From assembly GCA_017520845.1 (NCBI GenBank), contig JAFXEU010000005.1, positions 12,660-76,659 on the forward strand: a stretch of DNA of 64,000 bases, in the 5' to 3' direction. The stretch's first letter is position 1. Every line of letters begins with the position of its first letter. The stretch comes from Kiritimatiellia bacterium (GTDB taxonomy: Bacteria > Verrucomicrobiota > Kiritimatiellia > RFP12 > UBA1067). The translations under genes were made by a program, and so were the position numbers. Positions 1 to 8,900 of the stretch are shown here, in pieces. The notes below the pieces were generated by a model. That model was not told the origin of the DNA, searched no databases, and worked only from the letters and a program-made list of their open reading frames with translations.

Positions 1-33
1 GAAAATCCCGAGGCTGACGCGAGGCTTAAACGC

Positions 34-2412
34 ATGACGTTCGTCACCGACGGACTCTTTCCGAAAACGGAACGTAAAAACGGTTCGTCTAACGGCTCCA
101 ACGGCAATGCGGCCAATCCCGGCGGGAGGATTTACGATCTTGCCGATGAAAAGACGCAGCCGTTCGACGTCAAACGTCTTTCGGACGTGAAATTCAACGC
201 AAGCGCATTGTCCGAGACCCTTCTGACTCAGAATCATACGGGTGACGCCAAAAACGATTGGATGAAACTTTTGAGCGTAATCGGTTGCGTGTCTCTTTAC
301 GATTATCTCGACGCGGATAAGGCGCCGCTTTCAATCGCGTTGCCTACCGTGGAACGCTTCCCCATGATTTGCGGAATTCAACCCGATATCCGCGATGTCA
401 AAATCGGAATCGAGAAAACCGTTACGCCCGAAGGCGATGAGACTTCCTCCGACTTTCCAGGGGCCGAGGCCGCTGCCGACGGAACAAGAACGGTTGAGGT
501 GACATTGCGTTATATGCTTAAAAGGGATCTTTTTCAGCAGGGCATGGATTCAAGTTCTGTTCGTGTACTTACCGTTTTCCCGTTTGCACGTAAAGACGAT
601 AACGACGGAAAGTTCGAACTCGACGGACGGATGTCCCTGTTTTTCTCATCTGAGGAAATGGGATTAAGAACCGGTGACGGCGCAAAGAACGGAGGGGATC
701 TTATTCATCTTGAAAAGGAGATCGCCGAATCGGACATCGACAAGGAAAAAGGTCTTATGAACATCAGGTTCGAAATTCCTTCTTCATCCGAACTTAAACC
801 GTCAGGAAGCATCAGCACGGAGATCGAAGCCGTTAAAAAGGTCGACATTCCCGTCGGTCAGCAAGCAAGGAATATATCTTCCGCGTTCTCGGAAGAAGGC
901 AATGAATTGCTTAAAGTCGTTTATCGCTGGCAGCAAACTTCCCGTAAAGACCCGCAGAGCGGAATTGTAACATGGGAGCCTTCTTTAGAAACCGTAATGC
1001 GGCGGAAAGATCCGAACGATATTCAATTGGCGGCGACGGCGTTCCCCGCTTTGAAGTCCGACGGATCGAAAGATTCCGATTTTGACGCCGGAAATCTGAA
1101 AAATCTGGTGATGGGCGGAAAAGAACTCTACCTCAACAGCGCCTTTTGGTTCCGTGTTAAACAGGCGGACGGAGACAAGAAGGTGGTTGACATGGTGCCC
1201 GCGTGCGTGGAAGATGATAATATTCAAAACGGCGTGAACGCTTCCGGCGCACTGGCAGGTTTGGGGCCGAGGGTTCTTGGCGGCTCGCCGTTTCCGCTGC
1301 TTAAGTTCAAAACGGGCATCACTCTTACTTTTTCGATAGAGGAGCTTGAGAAAATGGCTAAGGACGGCGAAGGCGGCAAAGAGCTGACATTTGCGCCGAG
1401 AGCCGCCATTGTCGCGGACCCCCGATATAATTATGCGCCGGAAGAATGGTTCGGTGTCGACCAGGCGCTCAGCGAGGACGTTTGGGTTCAGAACAACAGG
1501 GCGAAAGACAGAGGCAACGGTCGTGACGGCGATATTTTTATGTCGACGAGCGATTCCGGTTATCTGCAAAGCATATACGAATTGGCGTTTCTTCCCCGTC
1601 TGACGGATTTAAGTCTCAACGGTCAAAGTACGCCCAAGAATTTTGTCGCGGATTTCAACCGTAAGGATCTGCCCGCTTCGTTCGAGGAGACGCGGAACAA
1701 CGCTCTTGCATGGCGCACCTACGATCCTTTCAGGTACGACAAAGAGGCTTTCAAGGATCTTCCGTTCGTCAACGAGGGCAGCGGCTTCAAGGTGAATCCG
1801 TATTCCGATTCCGTTAACGTAATGATGGCGGTTTTTGCCAACACTCCCCTCGGATGGACTCAGGCTTCCACCAACAAGATCGAAGGGATGAAGGTCGACT
1901 ATACGAGTCTCGACATGGAGGAGTTTAATAAAAAGTACGCTTTCAACGCGTATTCCACCGACAAGAGCGCGGTTATTCCGTGGGAGGTTCTGGAGAAGGT
2001 CGCCGAGAATATGATCGCCGCGGTCAAGAGTTCCAACCAGGGCGGCCAATCCAAAGATTGGGAAGACGTATTCCTGGAAGATTTGGGGTGGGACAATACC
2101 GATGAGAACAGATTTCTCGGCGTGGAAAATACGGAAAACTCCAATGTTAAACTGTGGGGTGTCGACAAGAAATTCCTTTACGGCTTTTGGAAGGACTGCT
2201 TCGCCGTCAAGCAGCAGCTGTTCCTCGTGTTTGTCCGAGCGGAGCCGACCATGATGGGCAGCGGCGCTTCAGGTCACGCTCCGCCGCAGTTGGGCGGAAA
2301 GGCCGTCGCTCTCGTCTGGCGCGATCCTACGCCTTCACAGTCCGCAACTGGAGATTCCAGGAGAGCGGTTCCGCATAAGACGAGAGTTCTCTTTTACAGG
2401 CAGTTTGAATAA
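34..2412 (+). CDS. Large hypothetical protein (>=792 aa), possibly 5'-truncated by the window edge
   Basis: Long ORF with composition matching its neighbours. The frame is open from nt 1 with no stop before the ATG at 34, so the true start may lie upstream. I recognise no catalytic or binding motif. It directly precedes a pseudopilin-like gene. Confidence 0.6.
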   Translation: MTFVTDGLFPKTERKNGSSNGSNGNAANPGGRIYDLADEKTQPFDVKRLSDVKFNASALSETLLTQNHTGDAKNDWMKLLSVIGCVSLYDYLDADKAPLSIALPTVERFPMICGIQPDIRDVKIGIEKTVTPEGDETSSDFPGAEAAADGTRTVEVTLRYMLKRDLFQQGMDSSSVRVLTVFPFARKDDNDGKFELDGRMSLFFSSEEMGLRTGDGAKNGGDLIHLEKEIAESDIDKEKGLMNIRFEIPSSSELKPSGSISTEIEAVKKVDIPVGQQARNISSAFSEEGNELLKVVYRWQQTSRKDPQSGIVTWEPSLETVMRRKDPNDIQLAATAFPALKSDGSKDSDFDAGNLKNLVMGGKELYLNSAFWFRVKQADGDKKVVDMVPACVEDDNIQNGVNASGALAGLGPRVLGGSPFPLLKFKTGITLTFSIEELEKMAKDGEGGKELTFAPRAAIVADPRYNYAPEEWFGVDQALSEDVWVQNNRAKDRGNGRDGDIFMSTSDSGYLQSIYELAFLPRLTDLSLNGQSTPKNFVADFNRKDLPASFEETRNNALAWRTYDPFRYDKEAFKDLPFVNEGSGFKVNPYSDSVNVMMAVFANTPLGWTQASTNKIEGMKVDYTSLDMEEFNKKYAFNAYSTDKSAVIPWEVLEKVAENMIAAVKSSNQGGQSKDWEDVFLEDLGWDNTDENRFLGVENTENSNVKLWGVDKKFLYGFWKDCFAVKQQLFLVFVRAEPTMMGSGASGHAPPQLGGKAVALVWRDPTPSQSATGDSRRAVPHKTRVLFYRQFE

Positions 2413-2435
2413 ACTTTATCGATAGAAAGGTCGTT

Positions 2436-3338
2436 ATGAAAAAGGGGTTTACTTTAGTTGAGATTCTGGTCGTCATCGGCATCATCGGGCTTATTATGGC
2501 CTCGCTTATTTATTTCTTCGGCAGCACCGAGTCCGCACGCTCGGCCGAGTGTCTCGTCAATATGAAGAATCTCGCCAATGCCGTTCAGGACGCGAGAGCC
2601 TCGACGGGATCGGTCATGCGCTATCCGCTTGCAGGATCGCAGGAGGGCCGCAAAACGAATTACGGAGAGCGAGACAACTTTGTCGAATATCCCGGGTGGA
2701 TCAGCTGGAATTCCCAGGGTGCATACAGAACAAAGCCCCGTGAACACATTTCGAGTTCCTCGTGGCTGACGTCCGCTTATTGCCAGGACGAAGAAACGCG
2801 CGAGTATTGCATTACAAACGGAGCGCTTTACAGGTATGTCAAGAATTACAAGACTTACCTCTGTCCGGGACACGTTAAAAAAATGCCGAACGACCAGCGT
2901 CCGGCGTGGAGTTACGTGATGAACGGCCGTTTCGGATACGATCATTCCGAGGGTGCTTATGAAACGGCTCCGTCCGATGATCATCCCGGCCTTGATATCG
3001 ATTCCGAGGCGTCTAGGCTGGCCCATAAGACGCTTCTTTTCGCCGAACTTCAGTGGGAGGATTATACTGAAAACAAACCTGATTTTTCTGCCGGTACCGG
3101 TTTCAGGAACGACTGTACGCTTCAGTACAACGATGAAGACGGCGGCGAAATGATCGGTTTCAACCACAAGGACGGCAAGGACATCGTAGCTCATATCGTA
3201 TTTGCCGACGGGCATGTCGATAAAATCGTTTATCCGAAGAAGGGGCTAAGCGCCAACGAGCTGAAGAAGTTGACCGAGTTCCTCTGCACCGGTACGGATT
3301 ATGAAATCCGCGACGGCTCCGTCAAAGAGATTGATTAA
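2436..3338 (+). CDS. Prepilin-type N-terminal cleavage/methylation domain protein (type II secretion pseudopilin-like, DUF1559/H-X9-DG-like C-terminus)
   Basis: The N-terminus MKKGFTLVEILVVIGIIGLIMA is a classic prepilin leader plus hydrophobic helix (G|FTLVE). It is followed by ECLVNMKNLANAVQ and the C-terminal HIVFADGHVDKI motif typical of the PVC pseudopilin family. An RBS-like GAAAGG lies upstream. Confidence 0.85.
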   Translation: MKKGFTLVEILVVIGIIGLIMASLIYFFGSTESARSAECLVNMKNLANAVQDARASTGSVMRYPLAGSQEGRKTNYGERDNFVEYPGWISWNSQGAYRTKPREHISSSSWLTSAYCQDEETREYCITNGALYRYVKNYKTYLCPGHVKKMPNDQRPAWSYVMNGRFGYDHSEGAYETAPSDDHPGLDIDSEASRLAHKTLLFAELQWEDYTENKPDFSAGTGFRNDCTLQYNDEDGGEMIGFNHKDGKDIVAHIVFADGHVDKIVYPKKGLSANELKKLTEFLCTGTDYEIRDGSVKEID

Positions 3339-3938
3339 ATGATTTCAATCGCGATAATCGACGATCATCCCATGGTCCGCGAGGGCCTTGAGGCGATGCT
3401 CATGAGCGACGGCGCGTTTGACGTCGTTGCTCTTGCCGCGAACGGAGCCGAGGCGCTTGAAGTTCTTCCCAAGTCGTCGGTCGATGTCGTTTTGAGCGAT
3501 GTCAGGATGCCGCGGATGGACGGGTTCGCGATGCTGGAGCATTTAAGAAAACTTATGCCCGGCGTAAAGGTCGTGTTTCTCGCCGGTATGCCGCTGAAGG
3601 AAGAAGAAGCCCGCGCGAGAAGGGACGGCGCCGCAGGATATCTGCCCAAGGATGTCGATCAGGACAGGCTTTCAACGGTCATAAAGGCGATCGCCTCCGG
3701 TGAAGAGTCGTTCGCGACAGAACAGTTTCAGTCCGCGCCATCGCTTCTGACCGTGCGTGAGATGGACGTTTTAAGGCTCCTCGCCCAAGGCAATCAACGA
3801 GATCAGATCGCCGCGCGTCTCGGCATCGGGGCCGAATCGGTCAAGACCCATCTTAAGGGCATTATGACGAAGCTTAATTGTCCGAACGCAACGTCGGCGG
3901 TCGGACGGGCGTATGAGCTCGGCATTTTGCGGGCTTAA
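3339..3938 (+). CDS. Response regulator, NarL/FixJ family (REC + LuxR-type HTH)
   Basis: REC motifs are present: IIDDHPM, VVLSDVRMPRMDG (phospho-acceptor Asp) and YLPKD. The C-terminal LuxR HTH reads LTVREMDVLRLLAQGNQRDQIAARLGIGAESVKTHLKGIMTKL. The ATG abuts the upstream stop (TAAATG). Confidence 0.9.
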   Translation: MISIAIIDDHPMVREGLEAMLMSDGAFDVVALAANGAEALEVLPKSSVDVVLSDVRMPRMDGFAMLEHLRKLMPGVKVVFLAGMPLKEEEARARRDGAAGYLPKDVDQDRLSTVIKAIASGEESFATEQFQSAPSLLTVREMDVLRLLAQGNQRDQIAARLGIGAESVKTHLKGIMTKLNCPNATSAVGRAYELGILRA

Positions 3939-3944
3939 ATATTA

Positions 3945-3974
3945 TTGAAATTGATTCGCAGTAAATGATATAAT
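3945..3974 (+). promoter_or_regulatory. Candidate sigma70-type promoter (TTGAAA-18 nt-TGaTATAAT) for a leaderless small ORF
   Basis: TTGAAA at 3945-3950, TG at 3966-3967, TATAAT at 3969-3974. The ATG at 3981 is only 6 nt past the -10 and no SD is present. Confidence 0.5.
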
Positions 3975-3980
3975 TATCTT

Positions 3981-4220
3981 ATGAAAATAAAGAAGCAAAT
4001 GACAGTAAAAGCGCCCGGGGGCAACGCCTCGGGCGGGGCTACGATTGCCGACCGCTTTAAAATCGAGCCGGCGGCCAACAAGAGCAGCTCGGGCGGCGCG
4101 AGTTCCACCGCCGCTAAAGTCGCGTTCTTTGCGGGTTTTCTCGCTCTTTGCGCTGTCGGCGGCCTTGCGTGGTTCGCATATCAGCACGCAGAATTTTTCA
4201 AGAGCGTAATGGATAAGTGA
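3981..4220 (+). CDS. Small hypothetical membrane protein (79 aa, one C-terminal TM helix)
   Basis: Gly/Ser/Ala-rich N-terminus followed by the hydrophobic helix VAFFAGFLALCAVGGLAWFAY. A promoter-like element lies directly upstream. Its stop overlaps a possible GTG (GTGA) at the nadC 5' end. Confidence 0.45.
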   Translation: MKIKKQMTVKAPGGNASGGATIADRFKIEPAANKSSSGGASSTAAKVAFFAGFLALCAVGGLAWFAYQHAEFFKSVMDK

Positions 4221-4231
4221 GGAGTCGGGGC

Positions 4232-5122
4232 GTGAAGGACGTAATGCTTTCTTCCCGCGCGAAGGCCGCCGTGCGTCTTGCGCTTGACGAGGATCTGGCC
4301 GACGCTGTCGGTTCGCGTAACGTGAAATGGTGCGATTCGACCAGCGAGGCGCTCGTCGACGCCGACGCGGTCGCGACCGGCGAAATCTACGCAAAGGGCA
4401 CCGGTTGCACCGTCGCGGGCGCAACCGTCGCGAGGGCGGTTCTTAAAGCGGTCGACCCTAAAATAAAAGTTACGATTTTAAAGCCTGACGGTTCTAAGGT
4501 TAAACCCGGCGAGCCGATTCTGATTTTCCGCGGCAAGGCCCGCTCGATTCTGGCGGCCGAGCGTACCGCTTTGAATTTCATGCAGCGTATGTGCGCGACG
4601 GCTACGCTGACTTCAAAGTTCGTCGACGCCGTAAAGCGTTACAAGACTCTTATTCTCGATACGCGAAAGACGACTCCCGGCCTGAGGGTGTTCGAAAAGT
4701 ATGCCGTTCTCTGCGGCGGCGGCACCAACCACCGCATGGGAATGTACGACCGCGTTCTCATGAAGGACAACCATCGCCGTCTTTGGCGCGACGGAAATGC
4801 CGACGAGCTCGACCAGGCCGTATTGGCCGCGCGCAGGAAGTTCCCTAAACTCGACGTCGAGGTCGAGGTCGAGAGTCTAAGGGAATGCGCGAGCGCTTTG
4901 AAGGCCAAGCCCGAATGGATCATGCTCGACAACATGAGCGTCGCCGACATGAAGAAGTGCGTTAAAATGTGCAGGGGCATTTCCAAAACCGAGGCCTCCG
5001 GCGGCATAACCCTTGAGCGCGCGAAAGAAATCGCCGCGACGGGCGTTACCGCGATTTCTCTCGGCTGTCTTACGCATTCTGCGGGGTCGGTCGACCTTTC
5101 GCTCGAATGGAGCGCCGTTTGA
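4232..5122 (+). CDS. nadC: Nicotinate-nucleotide pyrophosphorylase (carboxylating), quinolinate phosphoribosyltransferase
   Basis: Motifs AAERTALNFMQRMCATAT, LDTRKTTPGLRVFEKYAVLCGGGTNHRMGMYD and MLDNM. I chose the GTG at 4232 because GAGGAG at 4219-4224 sits 7 nt upstream. GTG 4217 and ATG 4244 are alternatives. Confidence 0.9.
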   Translation: MKDVMLSSRAKAAVRLALDEDLADAVGSRNVKWCDSTSEALVDADAVATGEIYAKGTGCTVAGATVARAVLKAVDPKIKVTILKPDGSKVKPGEPILIFRGKARSILAAERTALNFMQRMCATATLTSKFVDAVKRYKTLILDTRKTTPGLRVFEKYAVLCGGGTNHRMGMYDRVLMKDNHRRLWRDGNADELDQAVLAARRKFPKLDVEVEVESLRECASALKAKPEWIMLDNMSVADMKKCVKMCRGISKTEASGGITLERAKEIAATGVTAISLGCLTHSAGSVDLSLEWSAV

Positions 5123-5150
5123 AGCGCTGTTTAACCGAGGAGTGAAGAAA

Positions 5151-5888
5151 GTGCGCCTCGCTGTTGTAGACGTCGGCAATACCAGCACCGCGGCGGGGCT
5201 ATGGGTCGACGGTCGCGTGACGAACGTCGTTCATATCGACGGTCCGATCGAAGAGGCGTACGCGGCCGTCGAAAAAATAATCGCGCGAAGGGTCGACGCC
5301 GTCGCTTACGTTTCCGTCGTTCCGGATCGCGACGCGGGATGGAAAATATTCGCCGAAAAACTGGGACTTGAGTTTCGCCAGGTCGTCTGGAGAAAAGCGT
5401 TGAAGTTTATCGATATCGACTACCCTAAGCCGGACACCATCGGCGCTGACCGTATCGCGGATGCCGTCGGAGCCGTGACGCGGTACGGCGCGCCCGTGAT
5501 CGTTATGGATTTCGGAACGGCCTTCACGGCGGCGGCGGTTACCGGCGACAGAACATGGCGCGGAGGCGTTATCGCGCCCGGTTTCCCGCTGATGAGAGAT
5601 TATATGTTCGAGCGGACCGCGAAACTTCCGAGGATGAAACTGGGACGCGGGAAGGTTCCTAAAATCGGCCGTTCGACGGAGGAGGCGATGCGTTTCGGCG
5701 CTCTCGTCGGGTATCGCGGGATGGTGCGCGAAATAGCGATGGAGCTTAAGCGCAATTTCAGAGAGAACTTTAAACTCGTCGCCACGGGCGGGTTCGCAAA
5801 ATGGGTCCTTAAGGATTTAGACGTGCCTTTCACGATCGATTCAACATTAACATTATACGGAGCCGGGTTAATATGTGCGGGAGAATAA
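5151..5888 (+). CDS. coaX: Type III pantothenate kinase
   Basis: Motifs LAVVDVGNTS, IGADRIADAVGA, VIVMDFGTAFT and GGVIAPG. GTG 5151 is preceded by GAGGAG. The longer ORF from 5013 overlaps nadC and adds Arg-rich junk. Confidence 0.9.
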   Translation: MRLAVVDVGNTSTAAGLWVDGRVTNVVHIDGPIEEAYAAVEKIIARRVDAVAYVSVVPDRDAGWKIFAEKLGLEFRQVVWRKALKFIDIDYPKPDTIGADRIADAVGAVTRYGAPVIVMDFGTAFTAAAVTGDRTWRGGVIAPGFPLMRDYMFERTAKLPRMKLGRGKVPKIGRSTEEAMRFGALVGYRGMVREIAMELKRNFRENFKLVATGGFAKWVLKDLDVPFTIDSTLTLYGAGLICAGE

Positions 5889-6415
5889 AATCAGTTTTTA
5901 GAATTTTTACGGTTGTCGCCTTGATCTTTCTCTTAGGCGGAATTTCCGGGTGCGGGCCTTTTTGGGTCAATCCATGGATTACGGTTAAAGAGAGCGCTCT
6001 TAACTGGGCTGAGATACATTATTACAACACCAACAAGGAGCCGATTTTAAGAACGTCGGTTTACTTGTCGGGGACCGGGCATGTTGAATTGAAGAAGGGT
6101 ACGAGCTCGCGTGTTTCCAACGATTTCGCCAAGAAGTTTGAAGAAGATACCTGGTCTGATTACAGAACGATGCGTATAAGTGTCGACCCGAAACACATTC
6201 AGGATATTTTTCAGAACCTTGTCAATCATGGCGTTCTTGACAAGGAGAAGTGGGGTAAGGGTTCGAAAAAGAAGGAGTTTAAGCGATTTATCGCTGTAAA
6301 GTGCAATATTTCCAACAATACGTATTCTGAAAACGTAAATATTTTCGAGGTCGATCCGGACCTTGCTGAAATATTGCTGGATGTCATAAGACAATTTGAC
6401 AATCCCACTTTATAA
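5873..6415 (+). CDS. Hypothetical lipoprotein
   Basis: Signal peptide with lipobox (LLGGISG|C). No other motif recognised. Noticeably lower GC than neighbours. Overlaps the coaX 3' end by 16 nt. Confidence 0.6.
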   Translation: MCGRIKSVFRIFTVVALIFLLGGISGCGPFWVNPWITVKESALNWAEIHYYNTNKEPILRTSVYLSGTGHVELKKGTSSRVSNDFAKKFEEDTWSDYRTMRISVDPKHIQDIFQNLVNHGVLDKEKWGKGSKKKEFKRFIAVKCNISNNTYSENVNIFEVDPDLAEILLDVIRQFDNPTL

Positions 6416-6428
6416 ACTGAAATGATTT

Positions 6429-6437
6429 TGGTATAAT
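6429..6437 (+). promoter_or_regulatory. Extended -10 promoter element TGGTATAAT upstream of efp
   Basis: Exact TGGTATAAT 44 nt upstream of the efp ATG. The SD AGGAG at 6471-6475 follows. Confidence 0.5.
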
Positions 6438-6480
6438 ATTCTCAAATTTTGTAAACCAATTAAAAAAATAGGAGTAACAA

Positions 6481-7056
6481 ATGGGCGAGGTTTTCGGTGC
6501 AGGTGATTTGCACAAGGGCGTTAAGCTTTTGATCGACGGCGAACCGTGGGAAATTACGGAATTCGATTTCGCCAAACCCGGCAAAGGGCAGGCTATCTAC
6601 AACTGCAAGTTGCGCAATATGATGACCGGCGGCGGTATGACGAAGAGCTATCGCAGCGGCGACAAGTTTGAAAAGCCTGAGCTTATTCAGATGTCCGTTA
6701 CGTATTCCTACGATGACGGAACGGCGTTTGTTTTCACTGACGACAATTTCGAAGAAATCCGCGTCAGCTACGATGTTATGGGCGACAAGAAGTATTTCCT
6801 TATGGACGAGATGGAAGTTAAGGCCCTCTTCTTCAACGAGAAGGTTATCGGCATAGATCTTCCCCAGCTCGTCGAGCGTAAGGTTATTAAGGTTGAGCCC
6901 GGCGTAAAGGGCAACACCGCTTCCGGCAAGGTTACCAAGCCTGCGACCGTCGAGGGTGGTTACGTCTGCGCCGTTCCGCTCTTCATTAACGAAGGCGACG
7001 TCATCCGCATCAATACTGAGACGGGTGATTATAACGACCGTACGTCCACTAAGTGA
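6481..7056 (+). CDS. efp: Translation elongation factor P
   Basis: GDLHKGVKLLIDGEPWEITEFDFAKPGKGQAIYNCKLRNMMTG matches the EF-P N-terminal KOW-like domain, including the KPGKG loop. Confidence 0.95.
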   Translation: MGEVFGAGDLHKGVKLLIDGEPWEITEFDFAKPGKGQAIYNCKLRNMMTGGGMTKSYRSGDKFEKPELIQMSVTYSYDDGTAFVFTDDNFEEIRVSYDVMGDKKYFLMDEMEVKALFFNEKVIGIDLPQLVERKVIKVEPGVKGNTASGKVTKPATVEGGYVCAVPLFINEGDVIRINTETGDYNDRTSTK

Positions 7057-7098
7057 CTTACATTTATTAACTTAACTTAAAAATAAAGGAAATAAAAA

Positions 7099-7665
7099 AT
7101 GAAGCTTCAGTCAATTATAGCTCTCGTTGCCGTTTCTCTCGCGGTGCTCGCTTCCGGTTGCCGCTACAACAAGGCCAGAACCTCCGGCGGCGCCGGGGAA
7201 GGCGAAGGCGTCAATGCCGGTCAGATCGACATTAACTCCCAGGTTGACGAAAATGCCATCGAAGGCGGCAGCCTTGACGATCTCTCCAAAAAGAGCTTCA
7301 AGGATCGCGGTTATACGCTTTGCACCGATGTCGTTTTCCAGCCCGTATACTTCGCTTTCGACGCCGCCACCATCAAGCCTGACGAACTCGGCAAGATCGA
7401 GGCCGTCGCCAAGCACCTCGCCGACAATCCCGACCGTGTCGTAACGATCGAGGGTAACTGCGACGAGCGCGGCTCCAACGAGTACAACATCCCGCTCGGC
7501 GAGAACCGTGCGATTATGGTCGCCAACTACCTCGGCCAGAACGGCATTTCCTCCGATCGTATCGAAACCGTCAGCCGCGGCGAGACGAATCCCGCCGTCG
7601 CCGGCAGCGGTGAAGAGGCCTGGTCCAAGAACCGCCGTGGCGAATTCATCATCTGGAAGAAGTAA
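7099..7665 (+). CDS. pal: Peptidoglycan-associated lipoprotein (OmpA-family, Pal-like)
   Basis: Lipobox LASG|C. The OmpA-like domain reads VYFAFDAATIKPDE...TIEGNCDERGSNEYNIPLGENRA...NRRGEFII. Confidence 0.85.
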   Translation: MKLQSIIALVAVSLAVLASGCRYNKARTSGGAGEGEGVNAGQIDINSQVDENAIEGGSLDDLSKKSFKDRGYTLCTDVVFQPVYFAFDAATIKPDELGKIEAVAKHLADNPDRVVTIEGNCDERGSNEYNIPLGENRAIMVANYLGQNGISSDRIETVSRGETNPAVAGSGEEAWSKNRRGEFIIWKK

Positions 7666-7689
7666 TTCTTCCGGATGACTGTCGGATAG

Positions 7690-8136
7690 ATGTTCGCATT
7701 TATATTTGACAACGTCAGTTTCGGCGAGTGGACTCTCCTTATCGTCGTGTTTCTGATAGTTATGGGTCCGCGCAAAATACCCCAAACTGCGCGGACTCTT
7801 GGCAATTATTACTCTAAACTTCGAAGAGCGGCTGATGCCTTCAAACGCCAGTTGATGGATTTGGAGACTGAATTCAACAAAGCCGCGACAGAAGCAGAGT
7901 CCGAGGTTAAAGAGGTTGAGAATGCCTTTGCCAGCGAAGGTGACGAGTCTGACGTGATTCCGCCTTCGGACGCGTATTACCCGTCTGAAGCCAATTCTGA
8001 GGGAGAATCCGTTTCTGACGCTTCCTCGAACGGGGATGATTCTTCCGATCCCGCTCAGGACGGTGATATTGCAAAAGCTTCAGCGGAACCTGAAAAAGAT
8101 TCCGGGTTGAATACTGATTCCGTTGCCCGGGCCTGA
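7690..8136 (+). CDS. tatA: Twin-arginine translocase TatA/TatB-family protein with a long acidic tail
   Basis: FGEWTLLIVVFLIVMGPRKIPQTARTLG is a TatA-type TM helix, hinge and amphipathic helix. The C-terminal ~80 aa are Asp/Glu/Ser-rich. Confidence 0.8.
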   Translation: MFAFIFDNVSFGEWTLLIVVFLIVMGPRKIPQTARTLGNYYSKLRRAADAFKRQLMDLETEFNKAATEAESEVKEVENAFASEGDESDVIPPSDAYYPSEANSEGESVSDASSNGDDSSDPAQDGDIAKASAEPEKDSGLNTDSVARA

Positions 8137-8141
8137 TTGAT

Positions 8142-8900
8142 ATGGCTATATCCCGCATAAAAAATCTAGACGAACGAAACGACCCCCCGAGGCCGCTCAT
8201 GGAGCATCTTTTCGCTCTGAGAGATATGCTTATTTTTGCGGCGATTTCCTGGGTTCTGTGCGTTATCGTCGCAGGATGCTTCGCCAATTATATCTCCGAC
8301 TGGATTAAGTCTCCCGATGCGGTCCAAGGGCGTCTTCTTCAAATTAAGTCTCCGGCCGACGGTGTGTATCTCTTGATTGAAATCGCGTTTTGGGCCGGAA
8401 CCGCATTGAGCTTTCCGTTTCTCGTTTATTCCGTTTTGCGGTTCGTTTTCCCAGCGCTTACCAGACGCGAGAAATATTTTATTCTTTCCGTTTTGTGCGT
8501 CGGGACGCTTCTGTTCGTAGCTGGCGTATTTCTTGCCTACACGCAGACAGTGCCGTCCATGCTTTCCCTTTTTGATACGGTTAACGGATGGATGAACATC
8601 GATTCCTCCCAGTATTTCGCCAATGAATACGTTACATTGATATTGAAGGTTCTTTTCGCTTTCGGTATCGTGTTTCAGGTTCCCCTTATAATTTTTATGC
8701 TCGGATGGTTCGGCCTTGTGTCCAGCCGGGCTTTGCGCGAAAAGCGCCGTATCGCGATTGTTCTTGCTTTTGTTCTTTCGATGTTTTTAACGCCTCCAGA
8801 CGCCATAAGCCAGATTATAATGGCCGTTCCGTTGTGTCTTCTTTATGAATTGGCTTCGTGGGCGGTTTGGATCAAGGAAAAATACTCATCTAAGGAATGA
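8142..8900 (+). CDS. tatC: Twin-arginine translocase subunit TatC
   Basis: Six predicted TM segments. Motifs MEHLFALRD, FVFPALTRREK and FLTPPDAISQIIMAVPLCLLYE. Confidence 0.9.
   Translation: MAISRIKNLDERNDPPRPLMEHLFALRDMLIFAAISWVLCVIVAGCFANYISDWIKSPDAVQGRLLQIKSPADGVYLLIEIAFWAGTALSFPFLVYSVLRFVFPALTRREKYFILSVLCVGTLLFVAGVFLAYTQTVPSMLSLFDTVNGWMNIDSSQYFANEYVTLILKVLFAFGIVFQVPLIIFMLGWFGLVSSRALREKRRIAIVLAFVLSMFLTPPDAISQIIMAVPLCLLYELASWAVWIKEKYSSKE

Noticed and set aside
5013-5150. N-terminally extended ORF-track starts for coaX (5013), the amidohydrolase (14369) and lnt (54659)
   Set aside because: The extensions overlap the preceding genes by 80-160 nt and encode Arg/Ser-rich sequence unrelated to the families. 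Internal starts (GTG 5151 with GAGGAG, ATG 14528 behind TGGTATACT, ATG 54743 in an ATGA overlap) fit the family N-termini.
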